Positions 51,655 through 64,000 of a stretch of DNA of 64,000 bases are shown here, one piece after another. Source of the stretch: Kondoa subrosea (Eukaryota); the NCBI GenBank assembly GCA_039545335.1, contig BCIN01000007.1, positions 806,001 to 870,000 of the forward strand, in the 5' to 3' direction. Under the pieces are notes generated by a model that saw only the letters and a program-made list of their open reading frames with translations, had not been told where the DNA came from and ran no database searches. Made by a program: the position numbers and the translations under genes. How positions within the stretch are numbered: position 1 is the stretch's first letter; each line of letters begins with the position of its first letter.

Positions 51655-51726
51655 TTCCCAACCGGGGAGTCGAACCCCGCTCTTATCGGTGAGAGCGATA
51701 TATACTAGCCGATGTACTAGCTAGGA
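51655..51726 (-). tRNA. tRNA-Glu (anticodon CTC), intronless
   Basis: The reverse complement folds as a cloverleaf: acceptor TCCTAGC/GTTGGGA, D arm GTAC/GTAT, anticodon arm TATCG-CT[CTC]AC-CGATA, T arm CGGGG-TTCGACT-CCCCG. Confidence 0.95.
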
Positions 51727-53056
51727 AAACGACTCAATGAGGTAAATGTGCAAGGTGTCAGTACAAACAAATCGTATTTACAGTAAGCTGTAACGCAAAG
51801 CATCAACAGATCCAATCTTTTCCTCCTGAAGTGCAAGCTAGGCATAACCCTAGTCAGAGTCTCAGCGTACCTGAAATCTGTCCGCCTGCGGTTTGAACAG
51901 CTGTAGAATCGGGGTGACTGTCGCGGACTGGGTATTTGTACTTAGGCCGTAGTCAGTGCTGGATGCCTTAGTGCGTCTCCTTAGTGCTCCGTAAGACCTG
52001 GCAAAGACAATCGAGAATATCGTTTCATCGTTTCATTAGCGCAAGCTACATCGCAGTACGACTCACGGGTCATATTTGGGGATCGAGGCAACAGCAGAAC
52101 TGGAGGAGNTGGAAAGCAAGTGATGAGCTCGCTCCAAAACAACATTGATGTGCGAAAGAATACATTATGGAGCAGAAAAAGATTACATTATGAAGCAGAA
52201 GACAGATTGGATCTTTCGGTACACCGACTCGCTGGGTGCGGTGATTGGGCTGGCGCAGAGGACGAACAGTAGCTCAATACTGGATCGGGTGCTTTACGAA
52301 GAGGATGCAATCGCTAGGTGGAGAGCAATTTGGTGGAGAGCTGGAACATTCGGAACAAGAATGCAGTGCAGGCGAAAAGTTCAATCGAGGACACGAAAAG
52401 TGCTTGTTTGATCGCGTAGGACTGATTGAGGACTGATTGGCTCGAGAGGGAAGATCAGGAAAAGCGAAGAGGAAGAGATTTGCGATTGTGCATTGCTTCA
52501 AGAATAAGAAACGCAGAAGCTCAACAGGGATGTCAAGGAAGTAAAAGTGATGGACTACCTGCTGGGTCTTGACAGCAAAAGATGGGACGCAATCGGACGA
52601 ATCACGCTCAAGCTGTGGCACGATGCACTAGAGGAGGCACCAGAGACGAGGAGGAGTGAACTACTTGGTTTGGAAGATGGATGAGAAGGAGGATGGAAGA
52701 GGAATCGAAACGTTCATCACACATAGCATGGCAAAGAAACACTTAGGCCCCCGAAATGGATCAGGAATGGATGCGCCGATAGGGCGCGGAGATTGGCGCG
52801 GAGCGAGGAGTTGATCTTGTACCGTCATTGTCGGCCGTAGCTGACTGCGAGCCAATCGAGAAACCCGTCTCTCTCAGCTCCATTCAACATCCAGCGCTTC
52901 CGACTCTTCCAGTAACTTGTCTAAGTATATGTATTGAACTTCAGCAAAGTGAAATCATCTCCATTCGCTTTGTGTCAGGGCCACCGATGGCAAGATGGAA
53001 CGACAGAGAGTTCAGCAATTCGGAATCCATTGTCAGTTATTGCAAAGGAACCTATA

Positions 53057-55002
53057 CTATACAAGTCTTTTCCCACTCTCTGTACCTTTTGTAGGTCGCT
53101 CACCCAGAGAGGAGCCTAGTTTGCTCAAAGGAAAGCTGAAAGTGAAGGCCTGCTGAGTCTTTGCTTCTGAAGCTGCTTTCGGTGGTGCAGACGCTGGAAT
53201 GTTCCCAACACTAGATGCTTTCGCTTGGGCAGCCTCTTCTGTGATTGAAGTGACTTGGGCAGACTGTTCTGTGATTGGAGCGACTATACCAGCTGAGGGT
53301 TCCGAAGATGGATGAGCTTGGCCGGCTTCTTGAACAAGTACTTCAGGCAATGGCTGAGCAACCGCTTTCTTCTCTTCTTCCGCTATTTGTTTCAGCACTG
53401 AATCCAGCTCGCTCTTGATTTCTTGTATGCTAGCATTGAACGCCAACTTTTCCTTTTCTTCTATCCTCTGCTTTTTCTGCATCGCTTCCTGCTCTAATTC
53501 TTGCTTTGTTGGCATCTTCACTCCGCTTCCAACCACTTTTTGCCATGTAGTTCCTTCAGCCTTTAGTTGTTGCGTCACTTGATCTTTCAGCTTTCTTGGT
53601 AAACCCACACCTTGATAGCCTAAAGCAGTATATAGCTGAACGAAGCTGGCTCCCGCTTTTGCGTAGTCCAGAGCATCTTGACCTGTACTGATCCCTCCAC
53701 AACCGACTAGAGGTATTTTGCCAGCAGTCATTCGATACAATTTGGCCAAGGTCGAGAGGGACAGAGGTTTCAAAGGTGGACCTGACAGACCGCCTTGTTC
53801 CGTCAATTGAGGATCCGAACCAGCTGATTCAGGTCGAGTGATGGTAGTATTCGAAACAATGATACCATCAATTTTGGTTTGTTGAGCTGCTGAAGCGATA
53901 TCGCCTAATTCATCTTCATCCAGATCGGGAGCAATTTTGACTAGTATTGAAGGTTTATAAGTAGCTGTAAGATTGTTTCGTGCTGTTACGACGGCGGAGA
54001 GGAGTTCTTCCAGCATCCCCCGCTTTTGCAGAGCGCGAAGACCTGGCGTGTTTGGCGAAGAAACGTTTATGACAAGAACATCGGCATACGGCCCTAATTG
54101 ATGTACACCATTTACAAAGTCGTCGATAGAGTCGGGTGCTGAGATCTTGTTCTTGCCTAAGTTGATTGCTAGAACTTTACCAGAGTGTAATGAACGTGGA
54201 GAAGAAATGATATCTGGAAGTTGAGCATCTGCTCCTTGTGGGGAGTTGAGTAGTCTAGAGATGGGTCGAGGGTCGGGTTCTGAGCCTGCTGCGTAAATAG
54301 GAAAGAGGGAGGAAGGCAGAAGGTGAGAATTTCGTTCAACGAAGCGACGTATTCGGGTTCTTAATCGTCCTAATACAGCAAGATGCCCTTCCGAATTGAA
54401 GCCGTATCGATTGATGACTGATTCTGAGGAAGGTAGGCGGAAGAAGCGAGGTTTGGGATTCCCAGGCTAGTAGAAAGATGAGCTGTGACGGGAAACCCAA
54501 GAGCTGAAACTTACCTGAGGTTCAGGCGTTATGCTTCCAATCTCTAGGTAGCCAAAGCCCAAATCAAAGATGCCATCTATAGCTTCAGCATGCTTGTCGA
54601 AGCCTGCTGCCATGCCAATGGGATTGCTAAATTGTCTACCCCAGAGCTGTTCTTGCTTTCAGCTACTGGCTTAGTGTATGAAAGACGACATACTTCGAAC
54701 GCTAGTACAGGATCATCTGATAGTCTGTCCTTGGGTGCCAGACCACTTTCAAGAACTTTGATTGCAATCTTGTGAGATTTCTCCGGATCATCTGCTGTTA
54801 GGGCGTGCAGGACAGGTATAGCCAGCCATTCATGAATGCCTGCTCTTGTGTCGGATGCGTAGAGAAGGAAACCGCCCGTGAAGATTAGGCCAGTCCAAGT
54901 CCAGAGAGTAGAGCTTAACCGCGAACGAGGAGCCCGTCTGGTGAATAGCGAACGTTGCTGTGGCCTGAGCAACAGTGTCGGCCTGAGACGAGCTGCTTGC
55001 AT
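53057..55002 (-). CDS. URA9: Class 2 (quinone) dihydroorotate dehydrogenase, mitochondrial, with a long C-terminal extension
   Basis: Presequence plus TM segment, [81 protein letters not shown]. Confidence 0.95.
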
Positions 55003-55789
55003 CAATGTTTTGGCTGTCGGAAGTTGAGCAATATCGTGTCGACAGAACTTGATAAGTGGTTGCAGTCCTGCATGACCTGGGTTCTTTCTTTTCCTGATAT
55101 TCGTGCCATATGTGCTGAATTCAAATGGACACTGTGCAAGCTGCAGCGCTTCGAGCTATGTTACAACCTTTTTTGTCTCTTGCATATCATGTCTGCTTTA
55201 TACAAGTTCTGCTTCCTCTGCTTTGCGTCTCGTCTATGTGCACGTCACCGTCCTACTGGTCAGAAACTCGCAACTCGCTTTATGCTTAAATGCAGATGGC
55301 TCACCCATTCCGACCCGCGGGTGCCTACCTGATAGAGAGATCCGAAAACGAAGGTACAGCGCAGCACACGAGGAACTTGACGCGAGATTTTGGCTCTCCT
55401 CCGCATGCAGCATTCCGAACGAGGTCACTAAAAAGGGTTCGCGATGTCTCTCTTCGACTACTAGATATCTATCTTCTGCGACACCAAGCTCTAAATGCCG
55501 AAAGCTGGATTTGTTCCAGATGTCGATAAGGAACTATCGACTATAAAACTGTCCGATTCAGCTGGGTTTTGCGCAATTGATTAGAAGGCGCTCAGGATTG
55601 ATGCCGATAGCATTGAAAGATTTAGGAGAAACACCCGAGGTAGCATTGTCTAGTGTAGTATCATAAGACATTCCACTACGCATCGGGGCTCAATAAAGCA
55701 GACATGACTACAAATCAGTGAGAGCGAAGCTGCTACAAGCTCTCGCACAATTAAAGGACAAAACTCTACAACTTTGCTCTCGCTAATTG

Positions 55790-57825
55790 TCAATATTTGC
55801 CCTGAGTGTATCCGCACTCTTTCAAAGCATTCTTGAGCGCTTCGATGATCTGAATGACTTTGCGTTAGATCGCTTAGGCATAGAACGAAAGGTTGACACT
55901 GACCTTGTCCACATCTCCCCTTTCTGGGTTGACTACTGTTGTACCCATTGTTCCGATACGGAAGTAGCCTTTTCGGGAAGACGCCAGACATCAGATTATT
56001 CTTCTGTATTAGGCAATGAACATGCTCACGCTCTTTGATATCTTTGTGAAGACCAGCAGCAACGGTCACGTTCTGTGCTCCCATCTTAGGAACGATATCT
56101 AAAGCTTTCATACCCTCGGGAGCGTATATTGCCTTTTCGCGCATTAGCTAAACTGTCATTTCAAATGTCATTCATAGCTCACAGTCATTCCGTTAGCGGC
56201 TGCTTCAGCATCAACAGGCACCATGGTCAGCCCTAGATCAGAAATAGCCTGCTTCAATTTCTTGCTTGTCTCCTTGTGCATTCTGAAGCGATCCTCGATT
56301 GAGACTGAGCCTTCAGTAATGATCTTCAACGATTCGTGAAGTGCTGTTACGAGTTGTACAGCAGCTACAAAGAGAACGTCAATCAAGCATATGCGTTACG
56401 AGTTGATGACTTACGAGTAGCGAAATAAGCGGCCATGCCTTAATTACCATGTCATACAATATCGAGACAAGCAAACAGACTTAAAGCTCACCCTTATCGT
56501 AAGCTTGGTGAATTGGTAGCCAACGTTTCCATGATGCAAAGTAGGAAGTGACTGGTGTTTTACGGGTTTCAAGAATCTTCAAAGCCTTTTGAGATACACA
56601 GGTGACCGATAGTCCTGTCACATAACAGTTCAGCAATTGTCAAGGTATAGGCCATTTGATGATCGCATACCAGGAGGACATCCGAGACCCTTTTGCGAAG
56701 CTTGACAAATCGTAAGCTATTGAATATTGAATAAATCGGCACGAATTCAACACACCAGCAATGACTACGTCGATATTCCACTCATCGAAGCGAATCTCTT
56801 CACTTGCCAAGGAGCAGACACCGTCCAGAATGATCAAAGTATCAGGTGAGACGCGTTTGACGAGTTCAGCGACTGGAAACCCACAACTTAGGTGCAGTCT
56901 GTATGGAACAGGATTGACTTACTAGCTTTTGCGTCTGCTAAAACGCCGGTAGCTGAAAGCACCTTCAATTACAGCGATAAATTCCCTCCATATTGCACTC
57001 ACAGGTGTCGACATGCGTGAAGGTCAGCACTATCGCGTGATTTAGCAAAAACCTTATGTTCAGCCTGCATATTACTTACGCTTGAACTTCTGCTTGTTCA
57101 GAGCTTCTTCGATTTGCTTGAGAGTAGGACGATCACCAACAGGTGCTTTTACTTGAGTGACTTTGGCTCCATATACTTCAAGACAGTCGGCCTGATCTGC
57201 TCCTCAGCTCATTTCCTACTCAGCACTCCAGATCACCCACGAAGCTATCTCCGAAGTAGCCAGAGTTTACAACAAGCGCATGCTCGCCCGGTTCCACAAG
57301 ATTTGAGGCCACCATATCCCAACCTAAGGCAAATACTTCAGACCTAAAGTGAGCGACGAAGAACAGTTCTAACCTAGAGTTCCACTTCCAGCAACGATGA
57401 ATGGCTGACCGTCCTTGGTATACAGCAATTTTCGAAGCCTGAAGCAAGCAGAAAGGGAACAGAATGAGCGATTTCGATAGGACATACTCAGGAGCTGTTT
57501 ACTGACATGGCCATTGTATTTTGAAACGTCTTTGCGAAGCCAGGCGAAGTGTGCGAAACTGATGGAGACTATTACTTCGCATTGAGCTGACTAAATCCGG
57601 TGCAGAGCATCTCCAGCTGACCGCATTTGCATACAAGACGCTGTCTACGACCTCAATAGGGCCAGGGATGACCAACAGCGAATGATCGGCTTGCTTGAAA
57701 TTCGACATTGTTTTGTAGGCGGATGAGCTGAAGAGGCGACTCGGTCGAGCGAGCAAGGATACAGGAGATGCAGTGGAAGGTCTGCTCAGGAAAGTCGTGG
57801 TCCGAAGTGAAGCAATTGCTTTCAT
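55790..57825 (-). CDS. AGX1: Alanine-glyoxylate aminotransferase (class V PLP); multi-exon; two in-frame ATGs (57825, 57708)
   Basis: LLVIPGP, FIVAGSGTLGWD, SGYFGDSF, THVDTSTG, LDGVCSLASEE, YFAT, GLHKDIK, YFRIGTMG, last exon IIEALKNALKECGYTQGKY*. Confidence 0.93.
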
Positions 57826-57959
57826 GCACTACAGACAAGATGAAATGTTCAACCGAAAATGGAGGCACCAGGAAGTATGCTTATATTACAAGTTAAATGG
57901 CAGCAGAGCGTGCCTTATTACCCTCTGTAGATACTAATACAAAGCGACTGTCCATCAAA

Positions 57960-60900
57960 TCACTCTTGATCCAAAGCAATATCCGTTGTTTCCAGAGATC
58001 GTTCCCGTTCACGAGATTGGCCATCAAAGTACAAAGACGCCTGGGTCTCTTGATCATCAACATCCTGCAGAGGTGGACCACTGTCGAAGTCGTAATCGTC
58101 GTCTTCAGCTCTATAAGTCGAGTATACTGATCTTGATCCTTCATCCGGATAGCTGAAACCCCAAGAAGGCTCAGGCATGCCAAATCCATTGCCAAAACGT
58201 GATAGATCATGCATGCCAGCGAATTCGTCTTCCTCCGAATCGTCATCTTCTGGCTTGTAGTATACGCGATTACCTTTATATGATATAATAGGTTCAGAAC
58301 AATCCGACACGACAAAGAGAGAAGGTCCTCACCTTGCCAATCATAGTGATTGCGGTATCGATCATCGCGAAAGCGGTCACGCTGAAGCTTGACTCCATCT
58401 GCGCAACATCTCAATATGCTGGCTCGAGTCTTCGTGAACAGGAAATAACCGACCCATTCCGTAATCGTAGTCATCACTGTCATACCAATGTCCGGGTGTG
58501 CCTTCCCCAGTTCCCAATTTTATTGTACCTTGACCATCAGCTACGTCTTGTACTGGTTGATCTGGCAAATGCTGACCGATAGGTCGGAAGTGAGCAGCGG
58601 CAAGAGACCCAGAAGTGGTATATTCTTGGTATGAGGGTGGACTTCTTTTATAGTGAAGGGGAAACAGGAATGAGGGTATATTCTGAAGGTCTTGATGCGC
58701 CTACTTACGAAGTGCCTTGAGCTTCGTTGCTGTCTGCACTATCTCTACGACTTTTCGCGAAGTAATTCATCTTGCCTATGGCTGGAGCGTCAACAGGCGG
58801 CAAGTAGTCTTCTGCTTGCTGGTCGACCTTATCGTCATCGCCATTTTCTGATGGCTGGGCACTGGCAGCGCGAGATTGGTTGACAATCTCTACAGTCTTG
58901 CCGCCGAAAGGTTGGTTGCTTCGTCTGCGATAGAAGAGCAGATACGCAGCAGGCGACTATCTCTAGGTGTCAGAACTTATCAAGCTCAAACAGGCAAAGC
59001 TCAGGCTTACTTTGACAGTTCGTTCCGGACTGGTAACGGCGGAAGCAGAAGACTGGACTGAAGTCAGGTTATATTGAAGCAACAATGATTAGGTTCTCAC
59101 GTCATCAAAATTGTACCAAATACCATCTTCCGAGTTCTTTGCGTAGGCAGTATAGTGCCCGCCTGGCGAATAAGTTGGATCAGGAAGTCTACCAGTGAAA
59201 GCAAACAAGACAAACCTCCTAGACCGCCGAAGTGGTTATCGACCGCAAAGAGATCGTAAATCATCGGTTCATCGGTCACTTTGTCTGTTTGAAGTATCTC
59301 TTTGCCTTCTGGTGTAGTGATGAGTCGTTCAGCTAGCTCTCGGTGAACGGTTCTGTTCGATAGATCGAGACCTTCTAAGGGGAAGTCGACCAGGTCGGAA
59401 ATCTTGTCTCTCGAATAGCGACCGGCGCTGAATCGTTTGAGATGAATGACCAGGATGTCGGGCAACGACCAGAGGTCGACCTGTTTTGTCGCTTCTTTGA
59501 ACTCTTTGCAGGTTGGGCAGTACCTGCATTTCCGAATATAAGCCCGATATCCCCGTTCTTTCTAGAGATACTCACCAGGTATTGTCAATGTCAAGTTTCT
59601 CTTGCCTACTGAATTCTGTCAGACAAGAGTCCAAGGTAAGATCGGTCTTCTCCTTCTTTTCCTCGGTTTGAGCAACTGAAACAGCTGTTTTGTGGTCCCA
59701 GCGCCGAACGTCAGGGCCGAAGAAATAAGCTACTGCGTCTGCACTCCATTCGCAAACGATGCTATCGCCGGTACGAATGACGGGATGAGCCTTGACAGGA
59801 GCAGCTGAAACTTGAAGGGCTGGGTCCACATCTTTGTAATGATCGTTCAACTCTTTGTCGTCCTCAGCAGTCGGTTGCACAAAACCGCCGGGAGGTTGAG
59901 GTGTTGAAGATAATTGTCTAGCAGCCTCTTCGCTTTCTCTTGCGATACGATCCAGCAGCGGGACTCGAAGACCAAATTTATCATTGACAAGACTGTGGAA
60001 AGGGAAAGCATGTTTTGTTTCGCCATTGATCATAATCTTGAAAAGATTGGGTACTGGTTGAGCATCAATTGGAATGGGATCGTAGGTCTGGGTTTCCACA
60101 GCTGTGGGAGCTGTCTTTGATTCTGCCGAGGCAGAGTCGTCCTGCTGAAATTCAGTTATAGGTACATCGCGGTCAGTATCTGGCTTGTCGAGCTCCTCTT
60201 TCACAGCTTCTTCTACGGGATCTGGCTTTTGGTACATATCTGCGCCTCTGAGAGATCTTCCAGCGAATTGTTTGACTAAAGCAGCGTAAACAGCTTCATA
60301 AGAAGTCGCTTGATCGCTGGTCATAGCCAAGAAGACAGGAGTACCAATGTATTCCATAGTAGTCGATGTTGATGTTCTTGAAATAGGCTTTTCCGAACCA
60401 GCATAAACTGGCACGAGTGCCCGATCAGCTTTAGCATCTTCTTCCATGTCCGAGTTTTCGGGTTTCCGGCGGAAGCTCATCTGCGAATAGGCGAAAGGAA
60501 GTTCTTGCAAGATAACAAAGTCTGCTGGACTCGATGCGTAGGGTTCGGATTTGATTTCCTCCGATGCCGAGTCTTCGAGCCATCTGTACATCTTGCCGTT
60601 CCAGCTTTCGAACGCTATCAGCTGTAAAACCATCGAATAAGTACAAGTTGAATTTTCGGATGAGATCGCACCTTAGCTGGGTCTAGATCCAATAATTGCG
60701 CAACGTGTTTCTTTAGCTGACGAGTGGTAAAGTTTTTCGGCAGTGTTGCTATCACTCGCGAAAGAGGCTTATTCGGATCCAGATGAGACACAAAGACAGC
60801 ACCAGACCATTGTTTGGGCGGCATAGGTAGAGTCAGCGAGGTGAAGGCGTCGAAAGTTATAGAGACCTGTAAACGGGGAACATGTTGAATCAGTGTTAAA

Positions 60901-62819
60901 AGCCCCAAATGGTCAAGGCTTACCTTGTTGCAATCCGGACAAATGACAGTACTTCGGTACATGCCTTGAAACAAGTCAACAATCACACTATCGTTTCTGA
61001 GCTTGAACTTGTCCCAGCTCTCGATGGCCATCTTCATCATTTCTAGATCTCCGCCGCCTTCCCATTCAGGTTTGACTGTAGCTGGTTTCTTATAGATCCG
61101 ATTCAAATCCTCATGCAAGCCATCAAGTAAGAATGAGATGAATTCTTGCGAATCTTGCTGATTCCAGCCAATGAACATCGGGCGAAACCGACCAATCATA
61201 GTCTTGAAAGCTCGAGGAGAGACGCTGGTATCTCTACCAGACCAAATTTGCTTGATGAGATCACCATAGGCTTCTGCTACAGCTCCAGACATTCCGAGCG
61301 GATTGTCTTTGTTGATTTCTTTGCGCCAGGCAGGAGCTGCGAAGCCCTTGAGCCGACAGTAAGACTATCTCGGGAAAAGACATACAAGTGAAGTAGGTCC
61401 GTAGTTCAGTAGTATTGCTCAAACATTGCAAAGCAGAGTTCATGAACTGTCAGTTGGACGAAGAGCGTCAGCTAATTTCAGCTGTAACTGTCGACATCAA
61501 CTGACGCATGTGTTTCCCAGATTCCCAAGGCCTGTCACGCCTTTTGTCCGACCGCTTGAACTGCTTCTCGTAAAAGGTGCAGTGAATTTATTCATCAATC
61601 CTCCTCCTCCTCCTTCAGCAGGTTTAGGTGAACGAGATCTTCCATTCCTCATGTTATCTGATGATTTTCGTGCCGTCAATTGATTGATCGCAATACCGTT
61701 ACTGCTGGAAGAATTCAACTTGTTGAAATAGTTTTGACCTCCACTAAAATTGGGTGCAGCAGCAGCAGCAGCAACAACAGGCGCGATGATGACAGGAACA
61801 GGAGGTTCTGTGACCAGCCAATTGCCTTCGGGTGTTTTCCATTCTACAGCAAGTTTGGTAGACATGTCGAGTTGAGCATCTCGCAAAGTGGTATCATCGG
61901 ATTGATGAGCTACCATCTCAAGTTTTTCAGACATAACTTCATCTACTTTGATAAAACCTTGATGCGTGCTGTTCTCCAATCGATAGACTCGGAATTCAGT
62001 TTGCTGCGGTTTGTTGAAATTGATCCATACCCCAGTTCGGAAAGCTTCTAATGTATCTGCTTGGGACAATTCGATTGTCTTTTCTTCACTGTTCTCAGGC
62101 GTGGCATCGTTCGCGACTACGGTTAAGCAGGTGAAGCGAGGAGGGAAGAATTCGATTCGATGTTCTGTTTGCATGCTTTCGCCATACGAAATAACTTTGC
62201 GAGGTAGATCTACGCTTTTGAGTCCATACCATTTCATGAGTAGATTCCAACCTTCCTGCGGAACAAAAACAGCATCTTCGTTCTCAACCGGTGCTTTGGC
62301 TAAATCGTTGTAAGGAGAGTTGGGTACCACAAGAGGAGTGTTATCAATAGGACCGACTGAGGCCATGGTAATATCTGCAAATTCTTTCTCTGCTTGCTGT
62401 CCAGCATCAGACGCGCAAGCTGCAGACCATTTTCGATACCAGCTTCTTGCGACAATGTAGCGAGTTTCGCCCTCTACAAGCGGAGCCTTCATTATGGGTT
62501 CCATTTGGGCCAGTTGGGCAGCTCCGGAAGGTAAATCATCGTCAACTGTCATGCTGCTAGATTCGCGAGAGAGCGCAGAAAGATTGTCAGGAGCGTCTGA
62601 AGAGCCAATGTTGAGTTGCTCCACGACCATAGCACTTTCTGACAGCAAAGATGTGCCAGTATTGGAAGATCCGCGACTCAAGACAGATCCCATAAACTGC
62701 TGAGAGCTTGCACTTGGTTCTTCTGATGCGGCTCTTTTGTTTGAAGATTCAGTGTCGTCAGAGGCCAGACTTTGAGAGCGGCTACGCTTCAGACTGGCAG
62801 AACCGCTGGACGAGGACAT
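57960..62819 (-). CDS. UBP12: Ubiquitin C-terminal hydrolase, Ubp12/USP4/15 type (DUSP + USP domains); multi-exon
   Basis: DUSP ([15 protein letters not shown]), Cys box [43 protein letters not shown], His box [31 protein letters not shown]. Confidence 0.92.
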
Positions 62820-63001
62820 TCAAACCCAAAAAGGCGAGGCAAGACAGAAATCAAGCGAGCACAAGCGAATGAGCTGCCTCTGTATGAGTACTGCGGATAT
62901 TCTTGTTGGACCTCAGTCTGAGAATCAGGCTGCCTCTTCTATGCTTGCAAAGTCACGGTGCAGGTTCGACCAAGTGACCAACTAAATCTTGTCGAGCATC
63001 A

Positions 63002-63544
63002 ATGACTTCACTCTCGGCATGTTAGCTGTTGCACTCACTTCTCTTCTTACAGCTGTACATTCGCTGTTGTGAATCTCCTGTCCCCTTTCTCCAGTTGCAA
63101 AGTCGAAGCTTCTGGTCTTTACAATGTTCTGCTCTCTGTCCTTGCCTTCTGTTTTGCTGTGTTCCTCTTGTCTACTACCGTATCACAATGTCAATTACTG
63201 CATATTTGCAAGCCCTGCTGCATGCGCTGTGGCTTCGAGTACTTTGGCTACCATGCATTGCTACGTATGGCTGACTACACTGTGGCTCATACATCCCTAA
63301 TCTCATTAGTAGGTTCGTCTACTACTGCTGCATGAGCTACAATCGATACGAAAGATTGGAACCTTTGGCGAATCGAACTGTTCTGGGATGGTTCAAATAT
63401 GCTTTTTTATCGACAGGCTACGTCTCTTCACTTCGCAAAGCAAGAGTCGATCTGCCTGAAGGTGTATTCGTCTCGCTTGCACTATGGGCCTGTACTCAGT
63501 GGTTTGACAAGGTGCATTTGTATCATCCAATTTCGGTGCTGTAA
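63002..63544 (+). CDS. Possible small spliced membrane protein; reading frame and start unresolved
   Basis: GT-AG intron-like segments (e.g. ~63265-63312) link hydrophobic open frames ending VFVSLALWACTQWFDKVHLYHPISVL*. Confidence 0.3.
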
Positions 63545-64000
63545 TCATCCTTTCGAGCGCAGCCATCAACAACGATGTAGATTGGGATCCAGAGAAGCAG
63601 GGCGAGTGCAAAATGACTCTTAAAACAGTTGTCATGCTGATCTCTCGGAATAGGTTGATTTGGCGAAAGAGGGAGCTAGAGAAGATGAGAGCCGTAGTAT
63701 ACCGTCAGTCATGCTGCTCGTAGGTAGACACATGGCGAAAGGTTCTTAATTGCTTGGACAGAATGCATTTATCGATAAGCCGTTGAGCAAGACATGTTGT
63801 CAATCCATCGATAATCTCGCCTCTAAGATTGAGTCGACATTCACTGCTCTATGCATATCTATACGACGTATCGTACTAACCCTTCTTTGCCATGCCTTTT
63901 CATCTCTATATCACCGCCTTCGCTTGGGCTGTATTTATAAGGCCTGTCTTTACTTACTCTCAACCTGTTCATATCTCGTCTTTCATTGTTCTCTACGCTG

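Noticed and set aside
54955..55546. Plus-strand ORFs of 125-147 aa upstream of DHODH
   Set aside because: Overlapping frames with no family motif or coherent splice pattern; likely promoter/UTR sequence.
57960..58640. Acidic ORFs downstream of the USP domain as a separate gene
   Set aside because: They splice in frame onto the UBP12 C-terminus through GT-AG introns.

Overview
Gene-dense, intron-rich fungal nuclear DNA. It looks basidiomycete-like from its short ~40-65 nt GT/GC-AG introns, CTRAC/CTRAT branch points, many micro-exons and a tandem coronin; the taxon is an inference. About 27 protein-coding genes and one tRNA-Glu(CTC) can be reconstructed. They include an MFS permease, coronin-7, an eIF4E-like gene, SEC6, GGT, HELLS/Lsh, DPB4, ATL1, LYRM5, vezatin, a tandem GNAT, APC13, DAHP synthase, MTF1, a HIT-like gene, ARG7, a Cys-rich repeat protein, TEL1/ATM, a GPI-type PEBP, a GH20, DHODH, AGX1 and UBP12. 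No mobile element or CRISPR array was seen. The best finding is in the alanine-glyoxylate aminotransferase gene: a leaky-context stop (TGA CAA TTA) is followed in frame by a hidden PTS1 (-ARAKL*), and an upstream ATG adds a mitochondrial-type presequence, so one gene may serve three compartments. Other highlights are a 10-exon orphan membrane protein invisible to the ORF track, an exon-per-repeat Cys-rich secreted protein, and an eIF4E with a mosaic Trp signature. All spliced models were assembled by eye, so boundaries are approximate and family calls rest on recalled motifs, not database searches.
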